A stretch of DNA of 35,128 nt from a virus (IMGVR_UViG_3300044266_000112:1-35128), one strand, 5' to 3'; counted from the stretch's first letter, positions 16,605-26,189 are shown. Translations and numbers: made by a program. The notes: generated from the letters alone by a model not told the origin.

Positions 16605-16871
16605 ATGCTTAAAGCGGTAGGAACCAAACTCGTAGTTGAACGAGTAGAAAGAGATCAACAAACAGCCAGTGGTATCTTTATCACTAACCAAGCAGATCCA
16701 AATCCTCTAGCCACAGTCATAAGTGTTGGCCAGCAGGTCAAGATTGATGTCTGTGCAGGTGATCGTGTTTCAATCAGTTGGAACAACACAGCACCACAAC
16801 CCTACAATGGCAAGACCTACTATGTGGTGGATGAGTCAGGCGTATTTGCCGTGGAGCGCAATGATGAATAA
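16605..16871 (+). CDS. groES: Co-chaperonin GroES (Cpn10)
   Basis: LKAVGTKLVVE...TASGIFI...VISVG...GDRV...YYVVDESGVFAV matches the GroES pattern. Confidence 0.88.
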   Translation: MLKAVGTKLVVERVERDQQTASGIFITNQADPNPLATVISVGQQVKIDVCAGDRVSISWNNTAPQPYNGKTYYVVDESGVFAVERNDE

Positions 16872-17169
16872 TAAAGTCAAACAACCTACACCAGATGAAG
16901 TTCTAACAGCTTCATTGAAATTGATCGTTGAAGAATTCAAAGCCATGGGCTATGAAGATCGTATGATTTTTGGCAAGGTAAACCTAGTCCTACAAGGGTT
17001 TATTACCAATGAAGGCGGCTTTACAGATGAATACATCAAGCTGGCTCGTGAAGCATTGGCTCGCAAAGAATCAGAAGCCATTAGAAGTCAACTGCTCAAT
17101 CCAGAAGGACGAGCACAGAACGATGGATCAGGCATCAGTATTATTGTGCCTGGAGGAGGTATCAAATGA
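16861..17169 (+). CDS. Hypothetical protein (start revised to ATG 16861)
   Basis: GGAG RBS, start overlaps the groES stop. Confidence 0.7.
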   Translation: MMNNKVKQPTPDEVLTASLKLIVEEFKAMGYEDRMIFGKVNLVLQGFITNEGGFTDEYIKLAREALARKESEAIRSQLLNPEGRAQNDGSGISIIVPGGGIK

Positions 17170-17660
17170 ACATACTTGGAGTTCCCTTAAAAGGTCCTAT
17201 TCTGTCAAAAAAGCATGAGCTTTATCGTCGCTGGACCTGGATGCGTCAGGTCTGCAATAATTCAAATTGTCCTGACTATGATAAGTATGGCGGTAGAGGC
17301 ATCAGCATTGGCTCTGAATTTGAAGAATTTTGGGATTTTGTTGGTTTGGTTGAAAGTCGTCTTGGACCCCCACCTAATGGAAGACTTAGTAAATTGGCTC
17401 GTATAGATCAGGATGGTGATTGGACCATCCGTAATCTAAAATGGGCAGATGCTAAGATAGTAGGACGCCAGCAAAAAAGAACCATTAAGTTAACCTATAA
17501 AGGTAAAACTTTGCCCTTGCGTACTTGGTCAGAAATCACAGGTATAAATTTTTATACTCTATTGCAACGAACTGAACTAGGATGGACTGCATCTCAAGCC
17601 CTGGGCTATCGTCCTAGACCACGAGTATTATCACAGGTAAAGAAAACAAATAAAAAATGA
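17166..17660 (+). CDS. HNH-family (YGGRGI type) endonuclease-like protein with C-terminal HTH, possibly inactive
   Basis: W..MRQ.C.N.N...Y..YGGRGI; ARIDQDGDW...NLKW in place of the usual DRIDN.G.Y...NCRW; YKGKTLPLRTWSEITGI...GW HTH. Confidence 0.75.
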   Translation: MNILGVPLKGPILSKKHELYRRWTWMRQVCNNSNCPDYDKYGGRGISIGSEFEEFWDFVGLVESRLGPPPNGRLSKLARIDQDGDWTIRNLKWADAKIVGRQQKRTIKLTYKGKTLPLRTWSEITGINFYTLLQRTELGWTASQALGYRPRPRVLSQVKKTNKK

Positions 17661-18103
17661 ACTCAATACCAACCTACGAAGAAATTGAACAATTAACCTA
17701 TAAAGAATCCAAGGCAGCATTAAAATCTTTGACAATGACATATTCTCTAGACACAGAGATTTCAAAGTTGACCAAAGAGGAATGGGCAAGGTGCGATGAT
17801 ATTGCAAACGCTCTATTATGGCTTGAGGATCGTATTAATCGTTTTGATGATCCGCGCATTAACAGTATGAATCCTGCGGCACAGGTAATTGTAACTAAAA
17901 AGCCAGAAGAGAAAAAGCCTAATCAAGCAGGCAAATTTTGTAATATAAATGGTACAATCTATGAAAGTGTGCGTGAAGCATCAAGAAAATCTGGCATTAA
18001 AGAAAGCACGCTAAGAAGCTGGATTAAAAGAAAACCAGATCTATATTTTTATGTGGATATGTTACCTGAGGTGACTGATGATAACACCAGCACAACCAAT
18101 TAG
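17657..18103 (+). CDS. Hypothetical protein with C-terminal NUMOD1-like HTH
   Basis: INGTIYESVREASRKSGIKESTLRSWIK...YFYV. Confidence 0.65.
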   Translation: MNSIPTYEEIEQLTYKESKAALKSLTMTYSLDTEISKLTKEEWARCDDIANALLWLEDRINRFDDPRINSMNPAAQVIVTKKPEEKKPNQAGKFCNINGTIYESVREASRKSGIKESTLRSWIKRKPDLYFYVDMLPEVTDDNTSTTN

Positions 18104-18304
18104 GGCAACAATTATGGTTCCTGCTGTGGCGATTAGAGTTTTAGTTAGATCAACTTTAAGTGTTTGAACTGTGGCTTTAACTTCGTCCAGTTTTCTCTCT
18201 ACAGCGGTCAGGCGTTCATCTAGCCCTTTGTAGCGTTCAGCGCAGATGTCCACATGAATGCCTAGGTCTTCCTTTTCTTTGCTCAATAAAGGAAACACAT
18301 TCAT
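18062..18304 (-). CDS. XhlA/holin-like membrane protein (start revised to ATG 18304)
   Basis: HVDICAERYK coiled coil plus one C-terminal hydrophobic helix; TAATG overlap with dps; GGAG RBS. Confidence 0.6.
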   Translation of the reverse strand: MNVFPLLSKEKEDLGIHVDICAERYKGLDERLTAVERKLDEVKATVQTLKVDLTKTLIATAGTIIVALIGCAGVIISHLR

Positions 18305-18756
18305 TAGTATTCTCCACGCCCTTTTAAGGTAGCACCTAGCATCCAACAATGTTTCTTCAATGCACGAACGCGATCCTGTGCGTAGTTGGCTAGGTGATTA
18401 TATCCACGCTCATTCTGTGTAACATCTTCTAGTTCTAAATGTATTTCAATCAACTCTTCCAATGTCGCATAGATCTGTTCTATGTAGTCTAGACCATCAC
18501 CAAAGTCTGGAGTGAGATCATCCTTAATATCACTGCCATTGATAATATCCGTTAATGACAACGGAAAATAACTGTCAATTGTGCGTAGCAATTCACCAAT
18601 GGTGTCAATCTCGCCCTGTAGATCTTCGTAGACCTTTTGTAAGAGTTTGTGATCACTGCCAAAGTTACGGCCCACAATGTTAACATGCGCGGCATGACTC
18701 TTTTGATATGCTACATAATTGGAGCAAAATACTCGTTGTAGGGCTTGTTCTACCAT
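18304..18756 (-). CDS. dps: Dps / ferritin-like DNA-binding protein
   Basis: SHAAHVNIVGRNFGSDHKLL..Y......DTIGE ferroxidase motif; KHCWML. Confidence 0.88.
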   Translation of the reverse strand: MVEQALQRVFCSNYVAYQKSHAAHVNIVGRNFGSDHKLLQKVYEDLQGEIDTIGELLRTIDSYFPLSLTDIINGSDIKDDLTPDFGDGLDYIEQIYATLEELIEIHLELEDVTQNERGYNHLANYAQDRVRALKKHCWMLGATLKGRGEY

Positions 18757-18757
18757 T

Positions 18758-19813
18758 TTACTTTCCTGCGTTTATAATTTGTTGTAGGCGTTGACGACCA
18801 CCATAGATCTTAATTGTACGCTCATCTCCACTGTCTAGCAAATTGCGAGCTTCAGTGGCACTTAATGGTGCGGCTGTGGGCATGTTAAGAGCCATACGAT
18901 TGGCGGCATTGACCATTTGTTTAACTTCACCACTCTGTGTTCTAGGACCAATCTGTGCCTGTTGTAGATATGGATATGCTTCATAGGCACTTGCAGCCAT
19001 ACCCACTGGTCCTGCCACACGAGCCACTGGGGCTGCTATGCGACCTGCTGCCTCTAGATAAGGACTGATGCGACCTAAAATGTTTGCGCCACCACGACTT
19101 AGATTTTGTAGTTGCTGTGAGAAGCCACTGCTTATAGCATTGGTTGGGGCTGCGGCAGTTCTTGCTGCCTGTGCGGCTGCTTCTGCTTCTGGTGCTATTG
19201 CGCCTGCCGCCTGTGCTGGTGCAGTTGGAGCAGGTGCTGTGCCTGGAGCAGTTGCTGGATTGACTGGCCCACCTTGTGTTGGAATTCTTGCCTGTGCGGC
19301 TTCAATTTGCTGTCCTAATTTTGTTTGTGCATCTAATAGACTTTGAGGAACAGGTTTTCCATCTTTTACATATTGACGAATATCGTGATTCATTTTGGTG
19401 TAGTTGTTCATTAGTGTATTAAACTCTTGAACAGCAGTTCTTTCACCATAACGACCTGTAAATTCTTGTGCGGCACCTACTGCACTTTTTGCCACATCAT
19501 ATCCAGGAATAACTTTACTGGCAAGTTTATCAGCAGGACCACCTAGTCCTAATGCTTTGCCAGCAGCCAAAGCAGCAGCACCTGTTAAGTATGGATGTTC
19601 AGCCACAAAATTACCTGCGCCCATTCCAACAGTTGCTAGAGTTGATGCAGTATGATCAACATCAGATATTTTGGTGCTAGGTGCTGGTGGTTCATCTTTG
19701 CCAGCAGGAGCAGGTGGAGTATCTTTGGCTACTTCAGGGTTGGCCTGAAGATATGCATTAATTTCTTCGTCTGTATAACCTGCTTCTTTTGCGGCTGCTC
19801 TATCAAATGCCAT
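18758..19813 (-). CDS. Putative internal virion / DNA ejection protein
   Basis: N-terminal AKEAGYTDEEINAYL motif; Ala/Gly-rich hydrophobic segments; synteny. Confidence 0.55.
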   Translation of the reverse strand: MAFDRAAAKEAGYTDEEINAYLQANPEVAKDTPPAPAGKDEPPAPSTKISDVDHTASTLATVGMGAGNFVAEHPYLTGAAALAAGKALGLGGPADKLASKVIPGYDVAKSAVGAAQEFTGRYGERTAVQEFNTLMNNYTKMNHDIRQYVKDGKPVPQSLLDAQTKLGQQIEAAQARIPTQGGPVNPATAPGTAPAPTAPAQAAGAIAPEAEAAAQAARTAAAPTNAISSGFSQQLQNLSRGGANILGRISPYLEAAGRIAAPVARVAGPVGMAASAYEAYPYLQQAQIGPRTQSGEVKQMVNAANRMALNMPTAAPLSATEARNLLDSGDERTIKIYGGRQRLQQIINAGK

Positions 19814-19822
19814 GTTCTTTCC

Positions 19823-22399
19823 TTATCTTACAAATGAGTCCAACTTAGGACGCTTGGCCTTGTCGCTGTACGCACCATAGGTCCATTGACCTGTTTGACT
19901 ATCAAATTCAGGAACTGGATAATGTTTGAACGCATCAACCACAGCACCTGGGTTCTTACCATCCTTGTTGTATTGTGCAATATATTTGGCACGCTCGCCG
20001 TAGATTGCTTCATACTCTTTTTCAAGGCGTGATTTTTCTTTGTTCCATGCACTATTGAATTGGCTGGTTGTAGCTAATTCTGGATGCTGATTCTTAAATT
20101 CAGCACGGGCAACACTTAGGTCATTAATGAACTGACTGCGTGACATTAAGGTCAATCCACTATACAATGGTTGACGAGTCATGTCCACATTGGCCTGTGC
20201 GTTGAGTTTGTGTTCTGCTTCGCTGACAGCACCTGGACCTGCGTTGGCTTTTAATGTTAACGGATTAAGTTGAGTATTCAAACCAATTTGAGTATTCAAT
20301 ACATCCTTTTGACGCTGTGTTAGATCCAATGCGGCAACACGAGTGCTTAGATCACTGCCACCTTCTTTGTAGTTGCCTGTGACCAAATCACGGAAGATGT
20401 TGCGAATTTCATCATACTTGGTGCCTTGACCTTGTAATAGGCCAGCCAATTCTGGATTAGCAAGGATACCGTCTGGGCCATTGATCTGTTGCTTACGGAT
20501 ACGAGCAACCTGACTGCCAGCGTCTGCTTTAGGTGTAATATCTTCGCTTGCATACTTAACAAACGCTTCGCCTTCTTTCTTAGCAAGGCCTTGTTGTCTT
20601 GCAACATCAGCAGGACTAATTGCCGCTGTAGGTGCAGCTGGTGCTGGAGGTTGAACAGCTGCTGGTGCAGGACCTGCTGGAGGTGTTACAGGTTGGGCTC
20701 CTGCGGCAGCACCTGTGGTTGGACGCTCAATGACTTGAGGTTTACCACCAGGGCCTGTCATTAGACCAAAGTTAGTTCCATTTTCAGCATTAAACTTACT
20801 GATAAACTTGTTATGCTCTTGTGCAGGAATGTATTCCAATCTGGTTTGTAGTTCTTTGTTAAGAAGATCTAGTCTGCCTCTATTTTTCATTTCAATTTGC
20901 TGTTGCTGATATTCTAATGTGCCAGCAACACCAGTCTTCTTAAGACTTGCCGCTTCTGCTGCTGTAGCATCTGGACCACCACCAACACGCTTGAACACAG
21001 GTGCTTGACCTGGGCGTGTTTCAAGAATAAAGTTGCCTTTGACCTGTCCAGTTGGATCGCTGAATACATCACCGCCCATTTGATGAACATTCTTAGGATT
21101 CATTGCATTGGCAGCAATCTTACTTAAAGTGGATTGATCAACCAATTTACCTGCTTCATCGCGAGCACTTAGTAATTCACCATCTTTACTGAACACAGCA
21201 CTATAACGATTTTCACCAACCATAACAGGCATGTGCTGTTTTGTTGGACTGATCTTTTCTTGTTCTTGTTGTGCTAGATCTGTTAGACCTAGACGAGCAA
21301 ACAAATAGGCCTTGATATAACTGCCTTCTTCACCCTTTAGGCGTTTAGTATCTGGGATTTCACCTCTAGCCAACATAGGATCAACAGTACTCTGAGCGTA
21401 TTCACGCATACGCTTGTTCTTAAACATTTCTTCCATATTGGCAGCAGCCTGTGTAGCAATAGCCTTATCTGGGCTTTCTAACAGAGCCATTGTGCGTTTC
21501 CAGTCATTGCCATTTAGGGCTTCATAATCCTTTTGACGATTTAGTTCTGCCTGCATGGCAGCATCTAGTTCAGGTTGTGTATAACTAGGTTGTGGTTGAG
21601 CAGCCTGTGTGGCAATGGCCTGATCCAAACCAGCAAACTCACCTTGATCAAATGGAGCAACTGCACCAGCTTGCGGAGCAGGAGGTTGACCTGGTTGTGC
21701 TTGTGGTTGTGTTTGTTGAACAGCACCACTAGCAGGAGCATATTGTCCACCTAAACGACCCTGAACAATCTTACGAACGGCTTCTTCACCACCATTGGCT
21801 CTAGCAGCCGCTGGACTGATTGTTCCATCTCGTAGATAGTCAGCTAATCCTTTGGCACCTAAAAAGTGTGCGGCACTTAATGTTTGTTCATTAACAGGCA
21901 CACCATAATTTTGTAGATAACCTGCGTTTTGTTTTGTGAATAAATTTTGTGCATGAGTCATCTGTGCCTGACTGGCTTGGGTAATGTCTTCAGGCAAATT
22001 TGGATCAAGTTTGCGAGCATCTGCCCAAGCACCAGAAGTAATTCCATATGGACCATAGGCTGAACTTTTTTCTTTGTTATGATAACCAATGTTAGGATTG
22101 TTACCACTTTCTTGTTGAGCAATTCTTGTATTGTAATCTTGTGGAGCCGCTGGTCCTTGAATCTGTGGCATAACACCAGGGCTTGGTAATGGAGAGATAG
22201 CAGGCGCTTCTGGAACAACTACTGGAGGATTTACAAAGCCGCGTCCAGCACCAGCACCATAGTTTGTGGCTGTGGTTGCATTTTCTACTCTATTTTGAAT
22301 GTAATCTGTGGGATTGTTCAATACATTAAGAACATCCTGACTTCTGTTGGAAATACGATTACTTAATGCAGTGCCCAATGCGTCTAAAAAATCAGCCAT
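19823..22399 (-). CDS. Internal virion / ejection protein with lysozyme-like transglycosylase domain
   Basis: IAQQESG (catalytic Glu)...SSAYGPYGIT..W...AAHFLGAKG; long helical C-terminus. Confidence 0.75.
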   Translation of the reverse strand: MADFLDALGTALSNRISNRSQDVLNVLNNPTDYIQNRVENATTATNYGAGAGRGFVNPPVVVPEAPAISPLPSPGVMPQIQGPAAPQDYNTRIAQQESGNNPNIGYHNKEKSSAYGPYGITSGAWADARKLDPNLPEDITQASQAQMTHAQNLFTKQNAGYLQNYGVPVNEQTLSAAHFLGAKGLADYLRDGTISPAAARANGGEEAVRKIVQGRLGGQYAPASGAVQQTQPQAQPGQPPAPQAGAVAPFDQGEFAGLDQAIATQAAQPQPSYTQPELDAAMQAELNRQKDYEALNGNDWKRTMALLESPDKAIATQAAANMEEMFKNKRMREYAQSTVDPMLARGEIPDTKRLKGEEGSYIKAYLFARLGLTDLAQQEQEKISPTKQHMPVMVGENRYSAVFSKDGELLSARDEAGKLVDQSTLSKIAANAMNPKNVHQMGGDVFSDPTGQVKGNFILETRPGQAPVFKRVGGGPDATAAEAASLKKTGVAGTLEYQQQQIEMKNRGRLDLLNKELQTRLEYIPAQEHNKFISKFNAENGTNFGLMTGPGGKPQVIERPTTGAAAGAQPVTPPAGPAPAAVQPPAPAAPTAAISPADVARQQGLAKKEGEAFVKYASEDITPKADAGSQVARIRKQQINGPDGILANPELAGLLQGQGTKYDEIRNIFRDLVTGNYKEGGSDLSTRVAALDLTQRQKDVLNTQIGLNTQLNPLTLKANAGPGAVSEAEHKLNAQANVDMTRQPLYSGLTLMSRSQFINDLSVARAEFKNQHPELATTSQFNSAWNKEKSRLEKEYEAIYGERAKYIAQYNKDGKNPGAVVDAFKHYPVPEFDSQTGQWTYGAYSDKAKRPKLDSFVR

Positions 22400-22408
22400 T
22401 ATATTTCC

Positions 22409-23131
22409 TTAAATTCTAATACCAAAATTGCTTTGGTTCGTGTTTTGTGTATAACCTTGTGTGCCAGCGAAGTTAGGTGTATAAGTGCCTCCAGGAGTTA
22501 GACCTAGGATCTGACCATATTGACTATATAGATTCATTGGCAACATGCTGGCAGTAACACCTTGACCAGCCATACCTACAGCCTGTCCTAATCCACCCTG
22601 ACCAAACTGTGCTAGACTTGTGTTTGCAGCCTGACGCTGTGCAGCCAATTGTGCGGCTAGATTTGCACCTGCCTGCATTTGTGCGGCCTGTGTTCCACCT
22701 GCTGTTTGTGCTTCTGCTAATGCTTCACGAGCGGATCCTAATTGACCCATACCACCAAATTGTGCTCTTTGATTAGCAATGTTTTGTGCGTATTGTGCTT
22801 GAGCTGGCATCATTGCTGCCTGGTATTGCTGTGCTACATAAGCAGGATCATTGACATTCATTAATCCACCTATGCCACTGCGTAGGGCAGCTTCGCCTGT
22901 GCTACCCAATGCACCTTGTGCCTGTGCGGCTGTGCCTGATAGGTTTTGTGCGGCAGCGTTTACACCACCAGTGGTTTGATTATATAAATTGCTGGCTCCT
23001 TTAACAAACTGTTCATATTGTGGGCCAACCACACCAGTGAATAATTTTGTTCTTGCCGCAATGTCCGCATTCTGCTCAGGGCTCAATGATGGAAGATATT
23101 GAGTTGATCCGCCGCCTTTTCCAAATGACAT
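22409..23131 (-). CDS. Putative DNA ejection / pilot protein
   Basis: MSFGKGGGS start, A/Q/G-rich, GQLGSAR motif, typical of podovirus ejection proteins. Confidence 0.6.
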   Translation of the reverse strand: MSFGKGGGSTQYLPSLSPEQNADIAARTKLFTGVVGPQYEQFVKGASNLYNQTTGGVNAAAQNLSGTAAQAQGALGSTGEAALRSGIGGLMNVNDPAYVAQQYQAAMMPAQAQYAQNIANQRAQFGGMGQLGSAREALAEAQTAGGTQAAQMQAGANLAAQLAAQRQAANTSLAQFGQGGLGQAVGMAGQGVTASMLPMNLYSQYGQILGLTPGGTYTPNFAGTQGYTQNTNQSNFGIRI

Positions 23132-23148
23132 ATTCGTTTCCTTTTATC

Positions 23149-23156
23149 TATTTATA
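23149..23156 (-). promoter_or_regulatory. T4-late-like TATAAATA box
   Basis: Exact match in a 47-nt intergenic gap, 17 nt upstream of the ATG at 23131. Confidence 0.6.
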
Positions 23157-23178
23157 GGTTTTTTAACTTTAGCGTGGA

Positions 23179-23712
23179 TTACCTTATGATCCCGCCGCGT
23201 CCTGCACCACGGATTGTGCCAATGCCTTGATTAGGTTTAGCCATGGTTCCTACAACAGGTTGTTTGTTGAATGGAGTTGGACTTGGTTGTCTAACACCGC
23301 CATCTATAAGTCTACTTGGTTGGAAATTACCTGTTAAAGGTTTATCCTGTGGACTCTGTGGAACAACGCCTGGAGCACCTGGATTGGCAAAGCCTGGACC
23401 ACGAGGAACCATTGGAGCTGCTGCCACTGGACGACCTGGTGTGCCGCCTTGTTGAACACCAACAAAATCAGGTGTTGGAAGTTGCTGTTGATTTATAGTT
23501 GGATTAATTCCGCCCTTACCACCAAGACCCATCGCACCCATTGAAGAAAAATCAGTGGGTAGATTAGATCCAACCATAGGCGTAGCGCCCTTACCACCTA
23601 ACCCTGGAGCAGATTGTCCAGGCAATGTTTGATCCATTAGGCCAGGTTGAATATTTGCCTGCGGTTGAGCAGCTTGAATTCCTGCTCCTAGTACATCTGA
23701 TGTAAATCCCAT
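23179..23712 (-). CDS. Gly/Pro/Gln-rich hypothetical (likely virion-associated) protein
   Basis: AAGGA RBS; repeated GLGGKG. Confidence 0.65.
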   Translation of the reverse strand: MGFTSDVLGAGIQAAQPQANIQPGLMDQTLPGQSAPGLGGKGATPMVGSNLPTDFSSMGAMGLGGKGGINPTINQQQLPTPDFVGVQQGGTPGRPVAAAPMVPRGPGFANPGAPGVVPQSPQDKPLTGNFQPSRLIDGGVRQPSPTPFNKQPVVGTMAKPNQGIGTIRGAGRGGIIR

Positions 23713-23724
23713 TCTATTATTCCT

Positions 23725-24768
23725 TTATGGTTGTTGAGGCACTGCTGGCCCAGTATATCCAGGACTGGTTGCATTCATAACGCCTGACCATTGTGGATTT
23801 AAGATATATTGATTAACAAAATCTACTGGATTAAATCCAGGAGTTGCGCCAACCTGCCCATGTCCTGCACCCCATGGTGTTGCTGGAGCGCCTGGTTGTT
23901 GATTATAATTGGCCAAATCAGCCATAGTGTTTACTGGAGCATGAACACCCCAATAGTATTGTGCATCTGTTGGAGAACCTGTATGGTAATAGGGCTGACT
24001 TGCAGCTTGACTAATATATCCTGGATTTAGGCCTGGACTGACCAATGGTATTCCTTGACCCCATTCATATTTTACATCGCCTGACCCAACATTACCAGTT
24101 AGATTAGAGTTAGGTGTTAATGCACCTGTTAGGGCAGCACCACCTAATGCACCAGCACCTAATAGACCTGGTGTGCCTAGGGTGTCAGCCACTGCACCTG
24201 CATAATCCTTTAGGCCCTGCATTAGTGTTGGATCTGGTGTGCCTGCTCCTGCGCCTGGTACAGCAGTTGGAGTAGCATCATAGACAGGAGCTTGTCCTGG
24301 ACCACCTGGACTAATCAAAGTTGATGTTGCTTTGCCAGCTGTATCTGTAGCACTTACAGTACCATCTGCATGTGTGGTCAGTGTGCTACCATCATCAAAT
24401 ACCTGTGTGGTTGCACCTGAAGCATCTGTGGCTACTGGGCCAGCACCACCAGCACCTGTGGCTGCGGTTGTTGTTTCAGTAGCAGGAGCAACTGCACCAC
24501 TGGCAGCATCTACACCTGCGGCAGCGGCATCTGTAGCAGTAGCACCACTGGCTACAGCGTCTGCGGCTCCTGTGGCGGCTGCATCTGTGGCTGCGGCTAC
24601 ACCAGCATCTGTGGCACCAGCAGCCAGGGCATCACCAGCGGCAGTGGCCACTGCGTCTGTTATTGCAGTATCTGCAACTGCACCAGCTACAGCATCGCCA
24701 ACGACTGCGGCTCCTACATCTGCTGCCGCTGTATCAGCTATTGCGGCGATAATTGCATCTATTGCCAT
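23725..24768 (-). CDS. Ala/Thr/Asp-rich low-complexity protein, putative internal virion protein
   Basis: AAAGGA RBS; Ala-rich N-half, hydrophobic Gly-zipper GLLGAGALGGAALTG. Confidence 0.65.
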   Translation of the reverse strand: MAIDAIIAAIADTAAADVGAAVVGDAVAGAVADTAITDAVATAAGDALAAGATDAGVAAATDAAATGAADAVASGATATDAAAAGVDAASGAVAPATETTTAATGAGGAGPVATDASGATTQVFDDGSTLTTHADGTVSATDTAGKATSTLISPGGPGQAPVYDATPTAVPGAGAGTPDPTLMQGLKDYAGAVADTLGTPGLLGAGALGGAALTGALTPNSNLTGNVGSGDVKYEWGQGIPLVSPGLNPGYISQAASQPYYHTGSPTDAQYYWGVHAPVNTMADLANYNQQPGAPATPWGAGHGQVGATPGFNPVDFVNQYILNPQWSGVMNATSPGYTGPAVPQQP

Positions 24769-24771
24769 AAT

Positions 24772-25236
24772 TTAATCCTTTATTATCTTTCCTACTACTG
24801 CATCTTCATCGCAATATCCCATGCGATATAAAATTTTTCTAAAGTCTTTGGCAAACTTAACATGCCAAATCACTTTGGTTACTCCCCTAGCCTTGAGTGC
24901 TGTTTCTGATGCTTTAATCAACTTAACTCCTGCGAATCCTGTGCGATACTCAGGTGCCAAATATACTACATCATTACTAGCACTCAGCGTTGTCATATAA
25001 TGCATCATTTCACTAATATAAAATACACTATAGCCAACTAACTTATCTTTATCTCTAGCACCAACAACTAACAGTGACCCTAATTCAGCTATTTTGGTAT
25101 ACCTAGTCCAATCAGGAGCTAATGGTATATGCTGTTTGTCTAGGGCTACCTCTTGGTAGTGCCTTTCTGTAAGTGGTTTCAATTCTTCAATTAGATCTTG
25201 ATTCCACTTTTCTATTCTATACTCCAACATTTCCAC
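24772..25236 (-). CDS. GNAT acetyltransferase in the tail module
   Basis: LVGY, YLAPEYRTGFAGVKL (motif A), ILYRMGY. Confidence 0.85.
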   Translation of the reverse strand: MEMLEYRIEKWNQDLIEELKPLTERHYQEVALDKQHIPLAPDWTRYTKIAELGSLLVVGARDKDKLVGYSVFYISEMMHYMTTLSASNDVVYLAPEYRTGFAGVKLIKASETALKARGVTKVIWHVKFAKDFRKILYRMGYCDEDAVVGKIIKD

Positions 25237-25255
25237 CTCAATACAATCTTATGCA

Positions 25256-25265
25256 TATTTAGCGG
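25256..25265 (-). promoter_or_regulatory. GCTAAATA late-like box
   Basis: CCGCTAAATA in a 41-nt intergenic gap before the GNAT gene. Confidence 0.55.
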
Positions 25266-25277
25266 AAATACAAGAAC

Positions 25278-26189
25278 TTACTGTTTAATCACCTGTGCCG
25301 TCAAACTTCTTAGTCCTACAGTCTGAACATCAGGCACAACATCGCCCGTAATAGATGACCAAACAACTTCAGCGATATACCAATAGTAGCCAAAGTTAGG
25401 TTGATCAATTACAGTGGTAAAAATATTTTGTCCACAATTTACTGTACCCGTTCCAGGACTAACTGTAAATGAATTTGTCTGTTGACTCAGCGTTTTATCA
25501 AAACCAAACAGGTAATCATTTGCACCTGGTCTAGTGGTATCTAAAAATGCACTGTATCTATTAATTTGTACAGTTACTGAGAATGAACTAGCTGTAGTAC
25601 AACTATATCCACTGGTTAATGCCAGTTGACTTGAAATAAAGACCTGTTCAGTTGGACCTGTAACAGTCACGCGAGCATTAGCATCAGTAGATACTGGAGA
25701 TCCAGTCACTGTATAATCATTATTGATGTATAATGATCCATATGTAGTAACAGGAGCTAGAGAAGTTATAGGATTATTAAGAGCTAATTGTGTAACAACA
25801 CTGGTAGTAGAACAAGATATTACATATCCATCTTTGCCCTGATAAAAATCAGGAACCCAAGTGTCATCACCAATTGGTCTTTGTCCAACAGCAAATGGTG
25901 GTGAAGCCTGTGGTGAAGTAAAATTCCATTGAATAGTCACCGTTGATGTTGCTGTATTATTATCTAATAGACTAACTGAACTAACAGGAACAGGCGCCAC
26001 ATACCAAAGAGGAGCCTGTGTTGTAGTTGATACAGCGGTTGTAAATGGTTGACGGAATGTTCCACTTAGCCAAGCAGGTTCGTAGGCACTAAATCCACTA
26101 AAATTTTGGCCAAGGCCGCTAGGACCTGATGCCAAATAGTTAACTGCTTCAAATAATCCTTCTTGGCTGACTATTGGAAACTGACTCAT
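25278..26189 (-). CDS. Beta-rich tail structural protein
   Basis: S/T/V-rich; TAATG coupling to the nozzle gene. Confidence 0.6.
   Translation of the reverse strand: MSQFPIVSQEGLFEAVNYLASGPSGLGQNFSGFSAYEPAWLSGTFRQPFTTAVSTTTQAPLWYVAPVPVSSVSLLDNNTATSTVTIQWNFTSPQASPPFAVGQRPIGDDTWVPDFYQGKDGYVISCSTTSVVTQLALNNPITSLAPVTTYGSLYINNDYTVTGSPVSTDANARVTVTGPTEQVFISSQLALTSGYSCTTASSFSVTVQINRYSAFLDTTRPGANDYLFGFDKTLSQQTNSFTVSPGTGTVNCGQNIFTTVIDQPNFGYYWYIAEVVWSSITGDVVPDVQTVGLRSLTAQVIKQ

Noticed and set aside
16723-16860. Long 5' extension of the 148-aa ORF overlapping groES
   Set aside because: The RBS and coupling favour ATG at 16861
24332-24775. 147-aa Ala-rich plus-strand ORF and similar antisense ORFs across the late region
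   Set aside because: Mirror of low-complexity GCN-rich sense genes; no RBS or promoter
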